From contig CACIDC010000002.1 of assembly GCA_902585315.1 (NCBI GenBank), positions 37,789-101,788 of the forward strand: a DNA stretch of 64,000 bases, read 5' to 3'. A program made the position numbers and the translations under genes. This DNA comes from an uncultured SAR86 cluster bacterium. Its GTDB lineage: Bacteria; Pseudomonadota; Gammaproteobacteria; Magnimaribacterales; TMED112. Each line of letters begins with the position of its first letter. Positions within the stretch are counted from its first letter, which is position 1. Below, one piece after another: positions 53,291 through 63,686 of this stretch. The notes under the pieces were generated by a model. The model had not been told where the DNA came from. It searched no databases and saw only the letters and a program-made list of their open reading frames with translations.

Positions 53291-54435
53291 GTAGAAATAA
53301 ATCTTTAAGAGAATTATCTGAAATTCTTGGGTTTGAGAATGTTCAAACCGATACAAAAATTGAAAGAATTATTTTTGACTCAAAAATAGCCAAAGAAGGC
53401 GATCTATTTATTCCATTAAAAGGAAATAATCATAATGCTGAAGACTTCATTGAGGAAGTAATGCAAAAAGGCGCATCTGTAATAACAAAACAAAAAATTT
53501 TTGGTACTTCGATTGTGGTTGATGATGTTTACAATTCTTTGTTAGATATATGCGCAAATAAAATAACTGAAAGTAGAGCTAAAGTGATCTTTATTACTGG
53601 CAGCTATGGTAAAACAACTCTTAAAGATATGTTGAAAAGTTTGTTAGGTGATAAATGTCATGCAAGCAAAGATAATGAAAATAACGAATTTGGTATTCCT
53701 TTCACCATACTTAGCATGCCAAAAAATACAAAATACCTTGTGGTTGAATGCGGTGCAAGAAATGTTGGAGATTTTGATTTAATTTCTAAAAAGCTTTCTT
53801 GTGATGTATTTGTGCTAACAGCTGTAGCTTCAAACCACCTAAGCACATTTAAAAATATAGAAAATATATCTAAAACAAAATTAAAACTAAAAGAATGTCT
53901 TAAGAATAAAGATAATTTTGTTGATGGAAGGGATATTAAAATTAAAAATATCTTAGAAAAGAACAAAGAAATTATTCAAAGAATCTTAAATCTATTATCG
54001 ATCGATAAAGATCTAAATAAAATTACTTTCACACCTTCTTCTGGAAGAGGCAACATAATTAAATTACACGGCAGTGAAATTATAGATCAAACCTATAATG
54101 CCCACCCAGATACTGTTATAGCTACTGCAATGGAAGAAGATTCAAGTAAAACTATTTTAGTTTTGGGGGATATGGCCGAATTAGGTGAAGATGAAAATAA
54201 AAAACATGAAAACTTGTTAAGCCAACTTGAAGATTTTCAGATTTTTATAACAGGAAAAATTTTTAAAGAAGTTCTCAAGAAAAAATCTAGCAAAAATATT
54301 AATTTTTTTGAAAATAAACAAGATTTTCCAAAAAATTATTTGATAAAACAGCTTAAGGCAGGCAAAAAAGTCTATTTTAAAGGCTCTAGGTCTAGTAAAA
54401 TGGAATCCTATCTTGAGTTGTTGGTAAATGATTGA
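53278..54435 (+). CDS. murF: UDP-N-acetylmuramoyl-tripeptide--D-alanyl-D-alanine ligase
   Basis: 385 aa with ITGSYGKTT and GDMAELGE. Conserved position. Confidence 0.88.
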   Translation: MYVLSRNKSLRELSEILGFENVQTDTKIERIIFDSKIAKEGDLFIPLKGNNHNAEDFIEEVMQKGASVITKQKIFGTSIVVDDVYNSLLDICANKITESRAKVIFITGSYGKTTLKDMLKSLLGDKCHASKDNENNEFGIPFTILSMPKNTKYLVVECGARNVGDFDLISKKLSCDVFVLTAVASNHLSTFKNIENISKTKLKLKECLKNKDNFVDGRDIKIKNILEKNKEIIQRILNLLSIDKDLNKITFTPSSGRGNIIKLHGSEIIDQTYNAHPDTVIATAMEEDSSKTILVLGDMAELGEDENKKHENLLSQLEDFQIFITGKIFKEVLKKKSSKNINFFENKQDFPKNYLIKQLKAGKKVYFKGSRSSKMESYLELLVND

Positions 54436-55510
54436 ATTTCTTCTTAATTTATTTTTAGAAAAAAGCCCATTCCTTAATCTATTTTCGTATTTAAGCACAA
54501 GAACATTCTTATCTACATTATCAGGTCTATTAATTGTTGTTTTATTTGGAGAATTTTTTATTCAAAAAATAAGATCATTTCAATTTCAACAAACGATTGG
54601 TGATAGAGGGCCAGATTCACACAAAGTAAAAGATGGTACTCCAACAATGGGAGGCCTTTTAATTATCGGTAGTGTGGTATTTTCAAGTATTCTTTGGGGG
54701 GATTTTTCAAATAGGTTCTTATTAGTAGCTCTATTATGTTTAATCCTCTTCGCACTGTTAGGTTTTGCAGATGACTTCAAAAAAGTAACTGAAAAAAATT
54801 CAAAAGGCATTTCTTCATGGACTAAAATTTCTTTTCAATTCTTGTTTTCATTAATTATTTCCGCAGTTCTTTATTTTTATGTTTTTGAATTGGATGAGCT
54901 GAATTACATAGTACCTTTCTTTAAAGATGTCTCTATTTCACTAGGAATATTATTTATACCGGTATCAATATTTATAATTGTTGGGAGTTCAAATGCAGTA
55001 AATTTAACAGATGGTCTAGATGGTTTGGCAATTCTTCCGGTAATTCTTATTACTTCAGCACTTGGCTTAATTGCCTGGGCAGCAGGAAATACAATTGTCT
55101 CAGACTATTTATATATACCTTACGTACAAGGTACAGGAGAATTATTAGTTATTTGTGGAGCCTTAATTGGGGCTGGAATTGGTTTTTTGTGGTTTAATGC
55201 TTATCCTGCACAGATTTTCATGGGTGACGTAGGCTCACTTTCAATGGGGGCATTCATCGCACTGGTAGCAATAATTGTAAGGCATGAAATAGTCTTTGCC
55301 GTAATGTCGATGGTTTTTATAATGGAAGCTTTGAGCGTAATCCTGCAAGTTTCATCTTTCAAAATAAGAAAAAAAAGAATCTTTAAAATGGCCCCCATTC
55401 ATCATCATTTTGAGTTATCAGGCTGGAAAGAACCAAAAATAATTGTCAGATTTTGGATCTTAACTTTTATATTTGTTTTGGTTGGTTTATCTCTCTTAAA
55501 AATTAGGTAA
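54428..55510 (+). CDS. mraY: phospho-N-acetylmuramoyl-pentapeptide transferase
   Basis: 360 aa with KDGTPTMGG, NAVNLTDGLDGLA and APIHHHFE. Confidence 0.96.
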   Translation: MIEFLLNLFLEKSPFLNLFSYLSTRTFLSTLSGLLIVVLFGEFFIQKIRSFQFQQTIGDRGPDSHKVKDGTPTMGGLLIIGSVVFSSILWGDFSNRFLLVALLCLILFALLGFADDFKKVTEKNSKGISSWTKISFQFLFSLIISAVLYFYVFELDELNYIVPFFKDVSISLGILFIPVSIFIIVGSSNAVNLTDGLDGLAILPVILITSALGLIAWAAGNTIVSDYLYIPYVQGTGELLVICGALIGAGIGFLWFNAYPAQIFMGDVGSLSMGAFIALVAIIVRHEIVFAVMSMVFIMEALSVILQVSSFKIRKKRIFKMAPIHHHFELSGWKEPKIIVRFWILTFIFVLVGLSLLKIR

Positions 55511-56580
55511 TGAAATCTCTAATTATTGGTTATGGAACAACTGGAAAATCTTTTGAAAAATTCCTTGTATCAAATTCTATTTCTTTTGATATTTTTGATG
55601 AAGATAAAACAAAATTAGAAAATAAAAAAAATATATTAAATTGTTTAAATGATGAAAGTATTTCCGATTATGTGAATTTATATATTTCTCCTGGAATACA
55701 GTTAAAAAAATATTTTTCTACTTCATGCATTGGAAAGCTCAATTATATTTCTGATTTAGACCTTTTTTTTCAAAATAATAAATCAATAAAAATTGGAGTT
55801 ACAGGAACTAATGGCAAAAGCACATTGGTTAATTACCTTAATCAAACTTTGAATTGTGTAAGTTCTTCAATTGCACTTGGAAATATTGGCAATCCATTAT
55901 TAGATAATGTTAATCACGCAAATAAATATACAGTTATAGAAGCATCAAGTTTTCAGTTAGAGAAAATGAAAAAAAATCATTTTGATTTTTCAATAATTAC
56001 AAATATTCAAAATGATCATATTGATTTCCATGGAAATTATGAGAATTATAAAAAAGCAAAATTGAAAATATGTACTGAGAAGGGAAAAACAATTTTTTGT
56101 GCAACAGATGATTACAAAGAATTTGCAATAGCTTTTGTATCTGGCATTGAACCGAAATTGAACGTTGATGATCTTAATTTATCTGATCTGCCATTAAGAT
56201 TGCAGAAGATATCACCGGGAATAATCAATGATTCTAAATCAACAAATTCAGCGTCTCTTTTATACGCTATAAATAAATTAAATTTTAGAGGAGACTTAAT
56301 TATTTGCGGTAATCCAAATAAAGAAAATTACAAAGAATTATATATTGAGGGCCCTAGAAGAGTTTTTATTTTTGGAAAGCATCGAAATGAATTACTCAAC
56401 ATTTTAAAACATGAAAATATCTCGACATTTGAAAATCTAGATGAAATTTTTAATATTTTAAAAAAAGATAAACACAAAGACATTTTATTTAGTCCTGGTA
56501 ATCCAAGCGGCGCAGATTATTCAAATTTTATCGAAAGAGGGCAACATTTTAATAATTTAAAAGAAAAATATTTTGATTAA
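55510..56580 (+). CDS. murD: UDP-N-acetylmuramoylalanine--D-glutamate ligase (short)
   Basis: 356 aa with GVTGTNGKST and NDSKSTN. Conserved position between mraY and ftsW. Confidence 0.85.
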   Translation: MKSLIIGYGTTGKSFEKFLVSNSISFDIFDEDKTKLENKKNILNCLNDESISDYVNLYISPGIQLKKYFSTSCIGKLNYISDLDLFFQNNKSIKIGVTGTNGKSTLVNYLNQTLNCVSSSIALGNIGNPLLDNVNHANKYTVIEASSFQLEKMKKNHFDFSIITNIQNDHIDFHGNYENYKKAKLKICTEKGKTIFCATDDYKEFAIAFVSGIEPKLNVDDLNLSDLPLRLQKISPGIINDSKSTNSASLLYAINKLNFRGDLIICGNPNKENYKELYIEGPRRVFIFGKHRNELLNILKHENISTFENLDEIFNILKKDKHKDILFSPGNPSGADYSNFIERGQHFNNLKEKYFD

Positions 56581-57694
56581 TAAAAAAGAAAAATTATTCG
56601 ATTTAACTTTACTAGTTCCATTCATGATTATTACTGGCATAAGTCTTATTTTTATTTATTCATCTTCAAATGTTATTGCAAATGCAGACTTTGGTAATCC
56701 ATTCTTTTTCTTACAAAGACAAATAATCGCTTTATCAATTTCACTGGTTGCATGTTCGATATTTCTTTTTATTCCAATATCTTTTTATAAGGAAAACGGT
56801 CTTATTTTGCTTGTATTAAGTTCGCTACTTTTGGGCTTAGTTTTGATACCAGGTTTTGGTCAAGAGGTAAATGGAGCTCGAAGGTGGTTAGCTATTGGCC
56901 CAATAAATATTCAACCTTCAGAAATAATCAAGATATTTCTCCCTTTGTATTTATGTAGTTATTGTTTAAGAAGAAAAGACCAGCTTGAGACTAGTGTAAA
57001 GGGCTTCATCAAGCCAATAGTTATTACAACATTAATTGCCTTGCTTCTATTTCTTGAACCTGATTATGGTAATACCGCAATATTATTTTCGATAGCGATA
57101 TGTATTCTTTTTATAGGAGGTGCAAAGATTTCACAGCTTGCTATTTTAACTATAATTTTCTTTATTTTTCTCTCTGTTGCAATTTATTTCAATCCTGAAA
57201 GGCTCGATAGAGTTTTATCTTTTGCAAATCCTTGGGATGATATGACTGGCTCAGATTATCAACTAATAAATGCACTAATTGCATCTGTTCAAGGAGGTAT
57301 TTCTGGTCTTGGAATTGGGGAAAGTACACAAAAATATTTTTTTCTTCCTGAAGCCCACACTGATTTTATTTTTTCAATTTATTTGGAAGAAACTGGAGCA
57401 ATTGGTTTTCTTATCCTGTTCAGTTGTTATCTTGTAATTTTGTGGAGGCTATTCAAACTTGCTGAAAATGCAAAAAATCAAAATTATTTCTTTAATAGCT
57501 TAATTATTACATCGTTCGCATTATTATTTTTTGTTCAAACTTCACTCAATATTTTTGTAAACCTTGGTGTCATTCCAACAAAAGGTCTGACCTTGCCTTT
57601 TATAAGCTATGGAAGAAGTAGTGTTATCATGAATTTTATTGCTTTAGCTATCACACTGCGAGCAAGCTGGGAGTTCAGAAATAAAATAAAATGA
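56573..57694 (+). CDS. ftsW: peptidoglycan glycosyltransferase FtsW (SEDS family)
   Basis: 373-aa polytopic protein with PSEIIKI, LPEAHTDFIFS and LPFISYGRSS. Confidence 0.92.
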   Translation: MINKKEKLFDLTLLVPFMIITGISLIFIYSSSNVIANADFGNPFFFLQRQIIALSISLVACSIFLFIPISFYKENGLILLVLSSLLLGLVLIPGFGQEVNGARRWLAIGPINIQPSEIIKIFLPLYLCSYCLRRKDQLETSVKGFIKPIVITTLIALLLFLEPDYGNTAILFSIAICILFIGGAKISQLAILTIIFFIFLSVAIYFNPERLDRVLSFANPWDDMTGSDYQLINALIASVQGGISGLGIGESTQKYFFLPEAHTDFIFSIYLEETGAIGFLILFSCYLVILWRLFKLAENAKNQNYFFNSLIITSFALLFFVQTSLNIFVNLGVIPTKGLTLPFISYGRSSVIMNFIALAITLRASWEFRNKIK

Positions 57695-58686
57695 AAATTG
57701 CAATTTTTGCAGCTGGAACAGGAGGCCATATTTATCCTGCATTATCTATAGCTGAAAAGTTTGGGAAAGAAAATGTAATTTTTATTGCCTCTAACAGGGA
57801 AATAGAGAGAAAAATTTACAAAAATTCAGGTTTCAAAGTTAGTCATTTAAATATTTCAGGGTTCAGAGGGAAAAACCTTCTTGAAAAAATACTATGGCCT
57901 TTTAATCTTACGAGTTGTGTATTGATTTCAATTTTTCTGTTAATTAAATATAGACCCCAGAATGTTCTACTAATGGGTAATTATATTTCTGTAATTGGTT
58001 TAATAGCATCAATTTTTCTGTTAAAAGATATTTACATTCATGAGCAGAATGCAATTTTAGGTTCAGCCAATAAATTTAGTTTAATATTTGCAAAAAAATT
58101 ATTCACAACATTTCCTCTAAACGAAAAAAAAGAACATAATTTTGGCCAACCAGTTAGATCTGCGTTCAACTCACTAAGCTATACTACTCATTCTGAAAAA
58201 GAACATATTCTTGTTCTAGGAGGCAGTCAAGGAGCCCTTTTTTTTAACAATCAAATTAGTGAAATATTAGGTGATTTAAATTTGAATGAAAAAATATTAT
58301 TTCAAACTGGTGAGCATGATGTAAAAACATCTACAGAAAAAATTGAATATATAAAGTTCATTGAAAATATGCCAGAAGTTATGGCTAAATCAAAATTTAT
58401 AATTTGCAGAGCTGGCGCATCAACTGTTGCCGAAGTGCAAAGCATTGGTTTGCCCGCAGTATTTATTCCATTGCCTAACTCAATAGATGACCATCAAATG
58501 AAGAATGCCAAATTAGCATGTAATGATGGTGGAGGAATTGTACTAAATGAAAAGAGTTTCAATGAGGAGGAATTCTCTCAAAAAATTAGCGAATTTAATC
58601 AACAAAATTTTCAAGAATTAAGTAAAAAAATGGGTAAAAGTATACACTTGAAATCGGCAGAAAAAATAGTTCATGAAATTAAGTAA
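57691..58686 (+). CDS. murG: undecaprenyldiphospho-muramoylpentapeptide beta-N-acetylglucosaminyltransferase
   Basis: 331 aa with AAGTGGHIYPA, CRAGASTVAE and DDHQMKNA. Confidence 0.92.
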   Translation: MKIAIFAAGTGGHIYPALSIAEKFGKENVIFIASNREIERKIYKNSGFKVSHLNISGFRGKNLLEKILWPFNLTSCVLISIFLLIKYRPQNVLLMGNYISVIGLIASIFLLKDIYIHEQNAILGSANKFSLIFAKKLFTTFPLNEKKEHNFGQPVRSAFNSLSYTTHSEKEHILVLGGSQGALFFNNQISEILGDLNLNEKILFQTGEHDVKTSTEKIEYIKFIENMPEVMAKSKFIICRAGASTVAEVQSIGLPAVFIPLPNSIDDHQMKNAKLACNDGGGIVLNEKSFNEEEFSQKISEFNQQNFQELSKKMGKSIHLKSAEKIVHEIK

Positions 58687-60061
58687 TATCAAAAAAATAC
58701 ACTTCATAGGCATTGGGGGTGTGGGAATGGTTGGCATTGCAGAGATGCTTATAAATCAAGGCTTTTACGTTAGTGGGAGTGATCTAGTTAAAAATAAAAA
58801 TACTATCAGGTTGAATTCCTTGGGTGCAAAAATTTTTATAGGGCATAACGAGAAAAACGTAAGAAATTCAGATGTTGTTGTTTATTCTTCTGCAGTTAAT
58901 ATTTCTAATCCTGAAATGAAGGCTGCTAAGTCTTTAAATATTACTTTAATACCAAGAGCTGAAATGTTATCAAGTTTAATGAGGGGATTTCAAAGTATTG
59001 CGGTCGCAGGCTCACATGGAAAAACAACCACTACGAGTTTAATTGCTGACATTTTTGTCAGAGCAAAGCTTGATCCCACATTTATTATTGGTGGGAAAAT
59101 TTTAGGTCAGGAAAACAATAGTATTTTAGGAACGGGCGAACATTTAATAGTTGAGGCTGATGAAAGTGATGCATCTTTTTTGCATTTGAATCCAGAAATT
59201 AGTGTCGTTACAAATATTGATAATGATCATCTTGATTATTATGAGAATAATCTTGAAAAATTGGACTCTACTTTTCTACAGTTTCTTGAAAATTTACCTT
59301 TTTTTGGAAGTGCAATAATTTGTACAGATTCTGAAAGATCGAAAAAAGTATTCGAAAACTTATCAAGACCAAAAATATCTTATGGATTTGATAAAAAAGC
59401 AGATTATTCTATTAAAGATTTGAAACAACAAGCCAAGTTTCAGAAATTTAAAATAATTCGAAATTCTACAGGCAAGGAAATATCGTTAGAATTAACATTA
59501 CCTGGAAAGCATAATGCGCTTAACGCGACAGCAGCTTTCATAGTTGCTCAGAAGGCAGGAATAAATACAAAAGTTATTAAAGATTCTTTCAAAAATTTTG
59601 GTGGAGTATCAAGAAGGCTTGAGTATAAAGCAGATTTAAAAATTGGTGGTAAATCCTTAACTCTTATTGATGATTACGGACATCATCCAACTGAATTAAA
59701 AGCCACAATTGAAGCACTAAAATCAACTAACCCCAACAAAAAAATCTGCATGATTTTTCAACCACACAGATATTCTCGTTCAAATTTATTTTTCAAAGAG
59801 TTTATAGAATGTTTAAGAGATGTAGATACTTCAATAATCCTTGATATCTATTCAGCAGGTGAGCAAAATTTACAAAAAATAAGTTCATATGACTTTGTAA
59901 ATGCACTCATTGAAAAAAAGAAAAATGCCTTCTTTGCTAAAAATTTAAAAGAAATTTGTAAAATTTTAGAATCTGAGATCAAGGGTAATGAAATAATAGT
60001 TACACAAGGCGCAGGTAATATTGTAGATATATCAAACTCTATAAAAGCCATATACAAATGA
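58673..60061 (+). CDS. murC: UDP-N-acetylmuramate--L-alanine ligase
   Basis: 462 aa with HFIGIGGVGM, VAGSHGKTTTT and DDYGHHPTE. Confidence 0.95.
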   Translation: MKLSNIKKIHFIGIGGVGMVGIAEMLINQGFYVSGSDLVKNKNTIRLNSLGAKIFIGHNEKNVRNSDVVVYSSAVNISNPEMKAAKSLNITLIPRAEMLSSLMRGFQSIAVAGSHGKTTTTSLIADIFVRAKLDPTFIIGGKILGQENNSILGTGEHLIVEADESDASFLHLNPEISVVTNIDNDHLDYYENNLEKLDSTFLQFLENLPFFGSAIICTDSERSKKVFENLSRPKISYGFDKKADYSIKDLKQQAKFQKFKIIRNSTGKEISLELTLPGKHNALNATAAFIVAQKAGINTKVIKDSFKNFGGVSRRLEYKADLKIGGKSLTLIDDYGHHPTELKATIEALKSTNPNKKICMIFQPHRYSRSNLFFKEFIECLRDVDTSIILDIYSAGEQNLQKISSYDFVNALIEKKKNAFFAKNLKEICKILESEIKGNEIIVTQGAGNIVDISNSIKAIYK

Positions 60062-60951
60062 AAAATGTAATTATTCTATACGGAGGCGATTCTGTTGAAA
60101 GTGAAATCTCTCTACAAAGCGCTCAAGGAATCATAAAAAATATTGATCAAACAAAATTTTCTGCAACGATGCAAGACATAAAAGATTTTGATGTTAAGTC
60201 CATAAATAAGGAAGCTTTAATATTTATTGCTGTCCACGGTAAAGATGGTGAGGATGGGAACACACAAAAATTATTAAGTAAGAATAATATTAAGTTTACA
60301 GGTTCAGATGAAATCTCAACAAAGAAATGTTGGGACAAAATTTCTTCAAAAATCTTGATGGTTGAGAATCAAATACCTACTCCAGAATTCCAAGTTATCA
60401 GTACGAATCAAAAATTAGATCTTAAGGATGAGTTCTTTATAAAAAATAATTCCTTTTTCGTTAAACCGAATAATAATGGATCAAGTTTTGGTGTTTCAAA
60501 GGTCGATCATAAAAAAAACCTAGAAGAAGCAGTTAAAGAAGCAAGAAAATACTCTAAAGACGTAATAATTGAGAAGGCTTACAATTCTGCTGAGTATACC
60601 GTCGGAATATTAAAAGGTGAGGCTCTTCAGCCTCTTGAAATAATTGCAGAGGATAAAGACGGTTTTTATGACTACGAAGCAAAGTACTTAAGCAAAGGAA
60701 CAAAAAAGGTTGAAGTAGTTGATAAAACTATAAAAAAGCAACTAAAAAATATAGCACTAAAAGCTTTTTATAAACATGGCTGTCAAACATGGGGAAGAGT
60801 TGATTTTGTCTATGATGGAAAAGATTTAGGTGTTTTGGAAATAAATACTGTCCCAGGATTTACAGAAAAAAGCTTATTTCCTTTAGCTGCTAAAATGTCT
60901 GGAATAAATTATCAGGAGTTAATTACAAATATAATTGAAGATTCTCTTTAG
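60058..60951 (+). CDS. ddl: D-alanine--D-alanine ligase
   Basis: 297 aa with an ATP-grasp fold. Motifs: LYGGDSVESEISL, HGKDGEDG, VKPNNNGSSFGVSKV and EINTVPGFTEKSLFP. Confidence 0.92.
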   Translation: MKNVIILYGGDSVESEISLQSAQGIIKNIDQTKFSATMQDIKDFDVKSINKEALIFIAVHGKDGEDGNTQKLLSKNNIKFTGSDEISTKKCWDKISSKILMVENQIPTPEFQVISTNQKLDLKDEFFIKNNSFFVKPNNNGSSFGVSKVDHKKNLEEAVKEARKYSKDVIIEKAYNSAEYTVGILKGEALQPLEIIAEDKDGFYDYEAKYLSKGTKKVEVVDKTIKKQLKNIALKAFYKHGCQTWGRVDFVYDGKDLGVLEINTVPGFTEKSLFPLAAKMSGINYQELITNIIEDSL

Positions 60952-61552
60952 AATTGCATTACTAGCAATATTGGTTTTTTCCATAATATTTATTGTGAAT
61001 ATTGCGAATAATAAGCACAAAAAAATTGAAGTAAAATTAATGCTTTCATCAAGTTGTGAAATATGTGTAGATGAGCTAGAGAAAAGCCTGTACAAAGATA
61101 AGTATTTTGAAACTTATGTAAAAAATAAAGATTGGGTGAAAGGTTTTATTCAAACAACAACTAAACAAAAAACGAAATATACAATTTCATTAAAAAAACC
61201 TATTTTCAAAATTAATAATAATATTTATTACGATGAAGATTTTAAAAAATTTTTTATGCCTAAAAAACTCAACCTACCTATACTATTGATTGAAAAGACT
61301 GACTTAAAAAGTGAAGTAATTAAACAAGCTAAATTAATTAAAAAAGATATTAAAAATTTAAAAAGTCTTAATTACTCAAATCTTTCAGGGTGGCAGGTTA
61401 CTACTGATAAAGCAATCGTAAAAATAGGTAAAAGTGATATTGGTGAAAGATTAAAGTTATTTAAAAAAATCACCGATAATTTAAATCAAAATAATTTAAA
61501 CGTTGTCAATCTAGACTTAAGATACCAACAGGGATATGTATTAAAGATTTGA
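60935..61552 (+). CDS. ftsQ: cell division protein FtsQ (short)
   Basis: 205-aa bitopic protein between ddl and ftsA. Called mainly by position and topology. Confidence 0.6.
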   Translation: MKILFRIALLAILVFSIIFIVNIANNKHKKIEVKLMLSSSCEICVDELEKSLYKDKYFETYVKNKDWVKGFIQTTTKQKTKYTISLKKPIFKINNNIYYDEDFKKFFMPKKLNLPILLIEKTDLKSEVIKQAKLIKKDIKNLKSLNYSNLSGWQVTTDKAIVKIGKSDIGERLKLFKKITDNLNQNNLNVVNLDLRYQQGYVLKI

Positions 61553-61556
61553 TTAA

Positions 61557-62750
61557 ATGATATGTTTTTTGGACTTAGGCACCTCCAAAGTAAGCGGGCT
61601 TCTCATTGATGATTTATCAACTTCTACAATTCATGCCTTTTCAAGTATTGAAACTTCAGGAGTTAAAAAAGGTTCAATAATAAATATATCTGCCACAGCT
61701 TCTTCAATCTCGGAATGTTTAAGGGATATCGAGCAACAATCAGGTCTTAAGATAAAAGAAATACTTGTTTCTATTTCAGGGGAAGAAGTATCAAGCACAA
61801 ATTCAGTAGGTCAAGCAGCAATATCTGAAAATGAGATTTCTGCAAGAGACATAGAAAATGCATTAAATATGTCATCAACTTTGAAAATTCCCAACGATAA
61901 AACACTATTGTATGTAGTGCCTATTAGTTTCTTTATTGATGGCCAAGGCAACATAGATGATCCATTAGGGATGAATGGTATAAAATTAGAAGCTAGGTCT
62001 CATCTGATACATTGTTCTAAAAACACAAAAGATAATATAAAAAAATGTCTGAAAGTAAGCTCATCAGGCATTGGAATAAGAAAGTATTTTTACAGTCAAT
62101 TAGGAGTAGCTCATAGTGTCTTAACAGATTATCAAAAGAAGTTGGGTGTTTGCATTTTAGATATAGGAGCTGGGACTACAGATATATCTGTATATCAGAA
62201 TGGATCTATAACTTTTTCTAAAGTTTTGCCTTATGCAGGGGATTATATTACTGAGATAATTGCATCTGCCTTGGATATTCAATCAAGCGATGCTGAGGCC
62301 ATAAAAAAGAAATATGGATCTGCTTTTTCAGATAATATCAATGACGAAATGTTAAAAATTTCAGTTGAAAATGGAAAAAAATCCATTTCTCGAAAAGCTC
62401 TAGCAGGACTGATCGAAAATTCTATGTCTAAAATCCTTAGACACTGCTTAAACAGTCTAGAAGAAAATAATCTTTTAAATAATATATCTGATGGAATAGT
62501 TATTACTGGCGGTTCTGCAAATATGGAAGGAATGGTGAAACTTGGAGAAAAATTATCTAATCTCAACTTTAAAATCGGAATCCCAAAATATAATTTACCT
62601 AGAAAATCTGACAATCTAATTAAGCCTGAAAATAGTGTGATTCTGGGTATGACTAAATTTTATGCTTTAGAACAAGATAAAGAGTTTACCTTTAATCAAT
62701 CCAAGGGTATTATAGCCCGAGTGCTTGAATGGATTAGAACTGAATTGTAA
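61557..62750 (+). CDS. ftsA: cell division protein FtsA
   Basis: 397 aa with an actin-like fold. Motifs: LDLGTSKVSG, LDIGAGTTDISV and ITGGSANMEG. Confidence 0.93.
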   Translation: MICFLDLGTSKVSGLLIDDLSTSTIHAFSSIETSGVKKGSIINISATASSISECLRDIEQQSGLKIKEILVSISGEEVSSTNSVGQAAISENEISARDIENALNMSSTLKIPNDKTLLYVVPISFFIDGQGNIDDPLGMNGIKLEARSHLIHCSKNTKDNIKKCLKVSSSGIGIRKYFYSQLGVAHSVLTDYQKKLGVCILDIGAGTTDISVYQNGSITFSKVLPYAGDYITEIIASALDIQSSDAEAIKKKYGSAFSDNINDEMLKISVENGKKSISRKALAGLIENSMSKILRHCLNSLEENNLLNNISDGIVITGGSANMEGMVKLGEKLSNLNFKIGIPKYNLPRKSDNLIKPENSVILGMTKFYALEQDKEFTFNQSKGIIARVLEWIRTEL

Positions 62751-63031
62751 TGCAAAAATATGAATTAATGCTTCTTTTGAATCCAAATACAATGGACGAA
62801 GTTGACGATTTTATTAGCAGTTTAGAAAAACTTATCTCAGATAATAAAGGTGATTTGATAGACACAAAGCTTTTAGGCAAAAGACAACTAGCTTATCCAA
62901 TTAATAATATGAACTATGCCAACTATGTTCATTTAGATGTGAATATAGAGCCTGAGACACTTGGTCTGTTAGAGGAAAAATTCCGATTCGACCAAAATGT
63001 TTTTAGACACTTAACTGTTAAACTTACTTAA
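62750..63031 (+). CDS. rpsF: 30S ribosomal protein S6
   Basis: 93 aa with YELMLLLNP...[18 protein letters not shown]. Its ATG overlaps the ftsA stop (TAATG). Confidence 0.93.
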   Translation: MQKYELMLLLNPNTMDEVDDFISSLEKLISDNKGDLIDTKLLGKRQLAYPINNMNYANYVHLDVNIEPETLGLLEEKFRFDQNVFRHLTVKLT

Positions 63032-63033
63032 TA

Positions 63034-63240
63034 ATGACTGAAGAAAAAAAAGTAAATATCGATTACAAAGATGCTGATACTTTGAAAGGATTTATTTCAG
63101 AAAATGGAAAAATTCTTTCGTCAAGGTACACAAGGCTGAATGCAAAAGAACAAAGAAAACTAACTAAAGCAATTAAAAAAGCACGTTTATTGGGCTTATT
63201 ACCTTTTACTGACAAACATAAAATCGAAGAAAAAAAATGA
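63034..63240 (+). CDS. rpsR: 30S ribosomal protein S18
   Basis: 68 aa with [50 protein letters not shown]. Confidence 0.95.
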   Translation: MTEEKKVNIDYKDADTLKGFISENGKILSSRYTRLNAKEQRKLTKAIKKARLLGLLPFTDKHKIEEKK

Positions 63241-63686
63241 AGGTAGTTTTAGTAACTAAGATTAAGAACTTAGGTAATATTGGCGACATTGTTGATGTCA
63301 AATCTGGATTTGCTCGTAATTTTTTATTGCCCTATCACAAAGCTTTGCCAGCTACGGATGAATACATAAAAGATTTTGAAGAAAAAAAAGAAGAATACCT
63401 TAAAAAAGCGAAAGATGAATTATCCTTGGCTGAAGCAAATGCAATTCATTTAGAAGACCTAAAATTAACCATCTCAGCAAATGCTCAAGAGAGCGGAGCT
63501 TTATTTGGCTCTGTTGGTGTTTCAGAAGTTTTAGAGGCATTGCATGCTGAAGGACATGATTTTGTAACTAAAGCATCAATTATTTTATTATCCGGACCGT
63601 TAAAAGAGGTCGGAGAATTCACTGTAAACGTTGAACTTCATCCAGAAATAGTTAAATCTATATCTATAGAAGTAAAACCAACGTAA
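63237..63686 (+). CDS. rplI: 50S ribosomal protein L9
   Basis: 149 aa with [32 protein letters not shown]. Confidence 0.95.
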   Translation: MKVVLVTKIKNLGNIGDIVDVKSGFARNFLLPYHKALPATDEYIKDFEEKKEEYLKKAKDELSLAEANAIHLEDLKLTISANAQESGALFGSVGVSEVLEALHAEGHDFVTKASIILLSGPLKEVGEFTVNVELHPEIVKSISIEVKPT

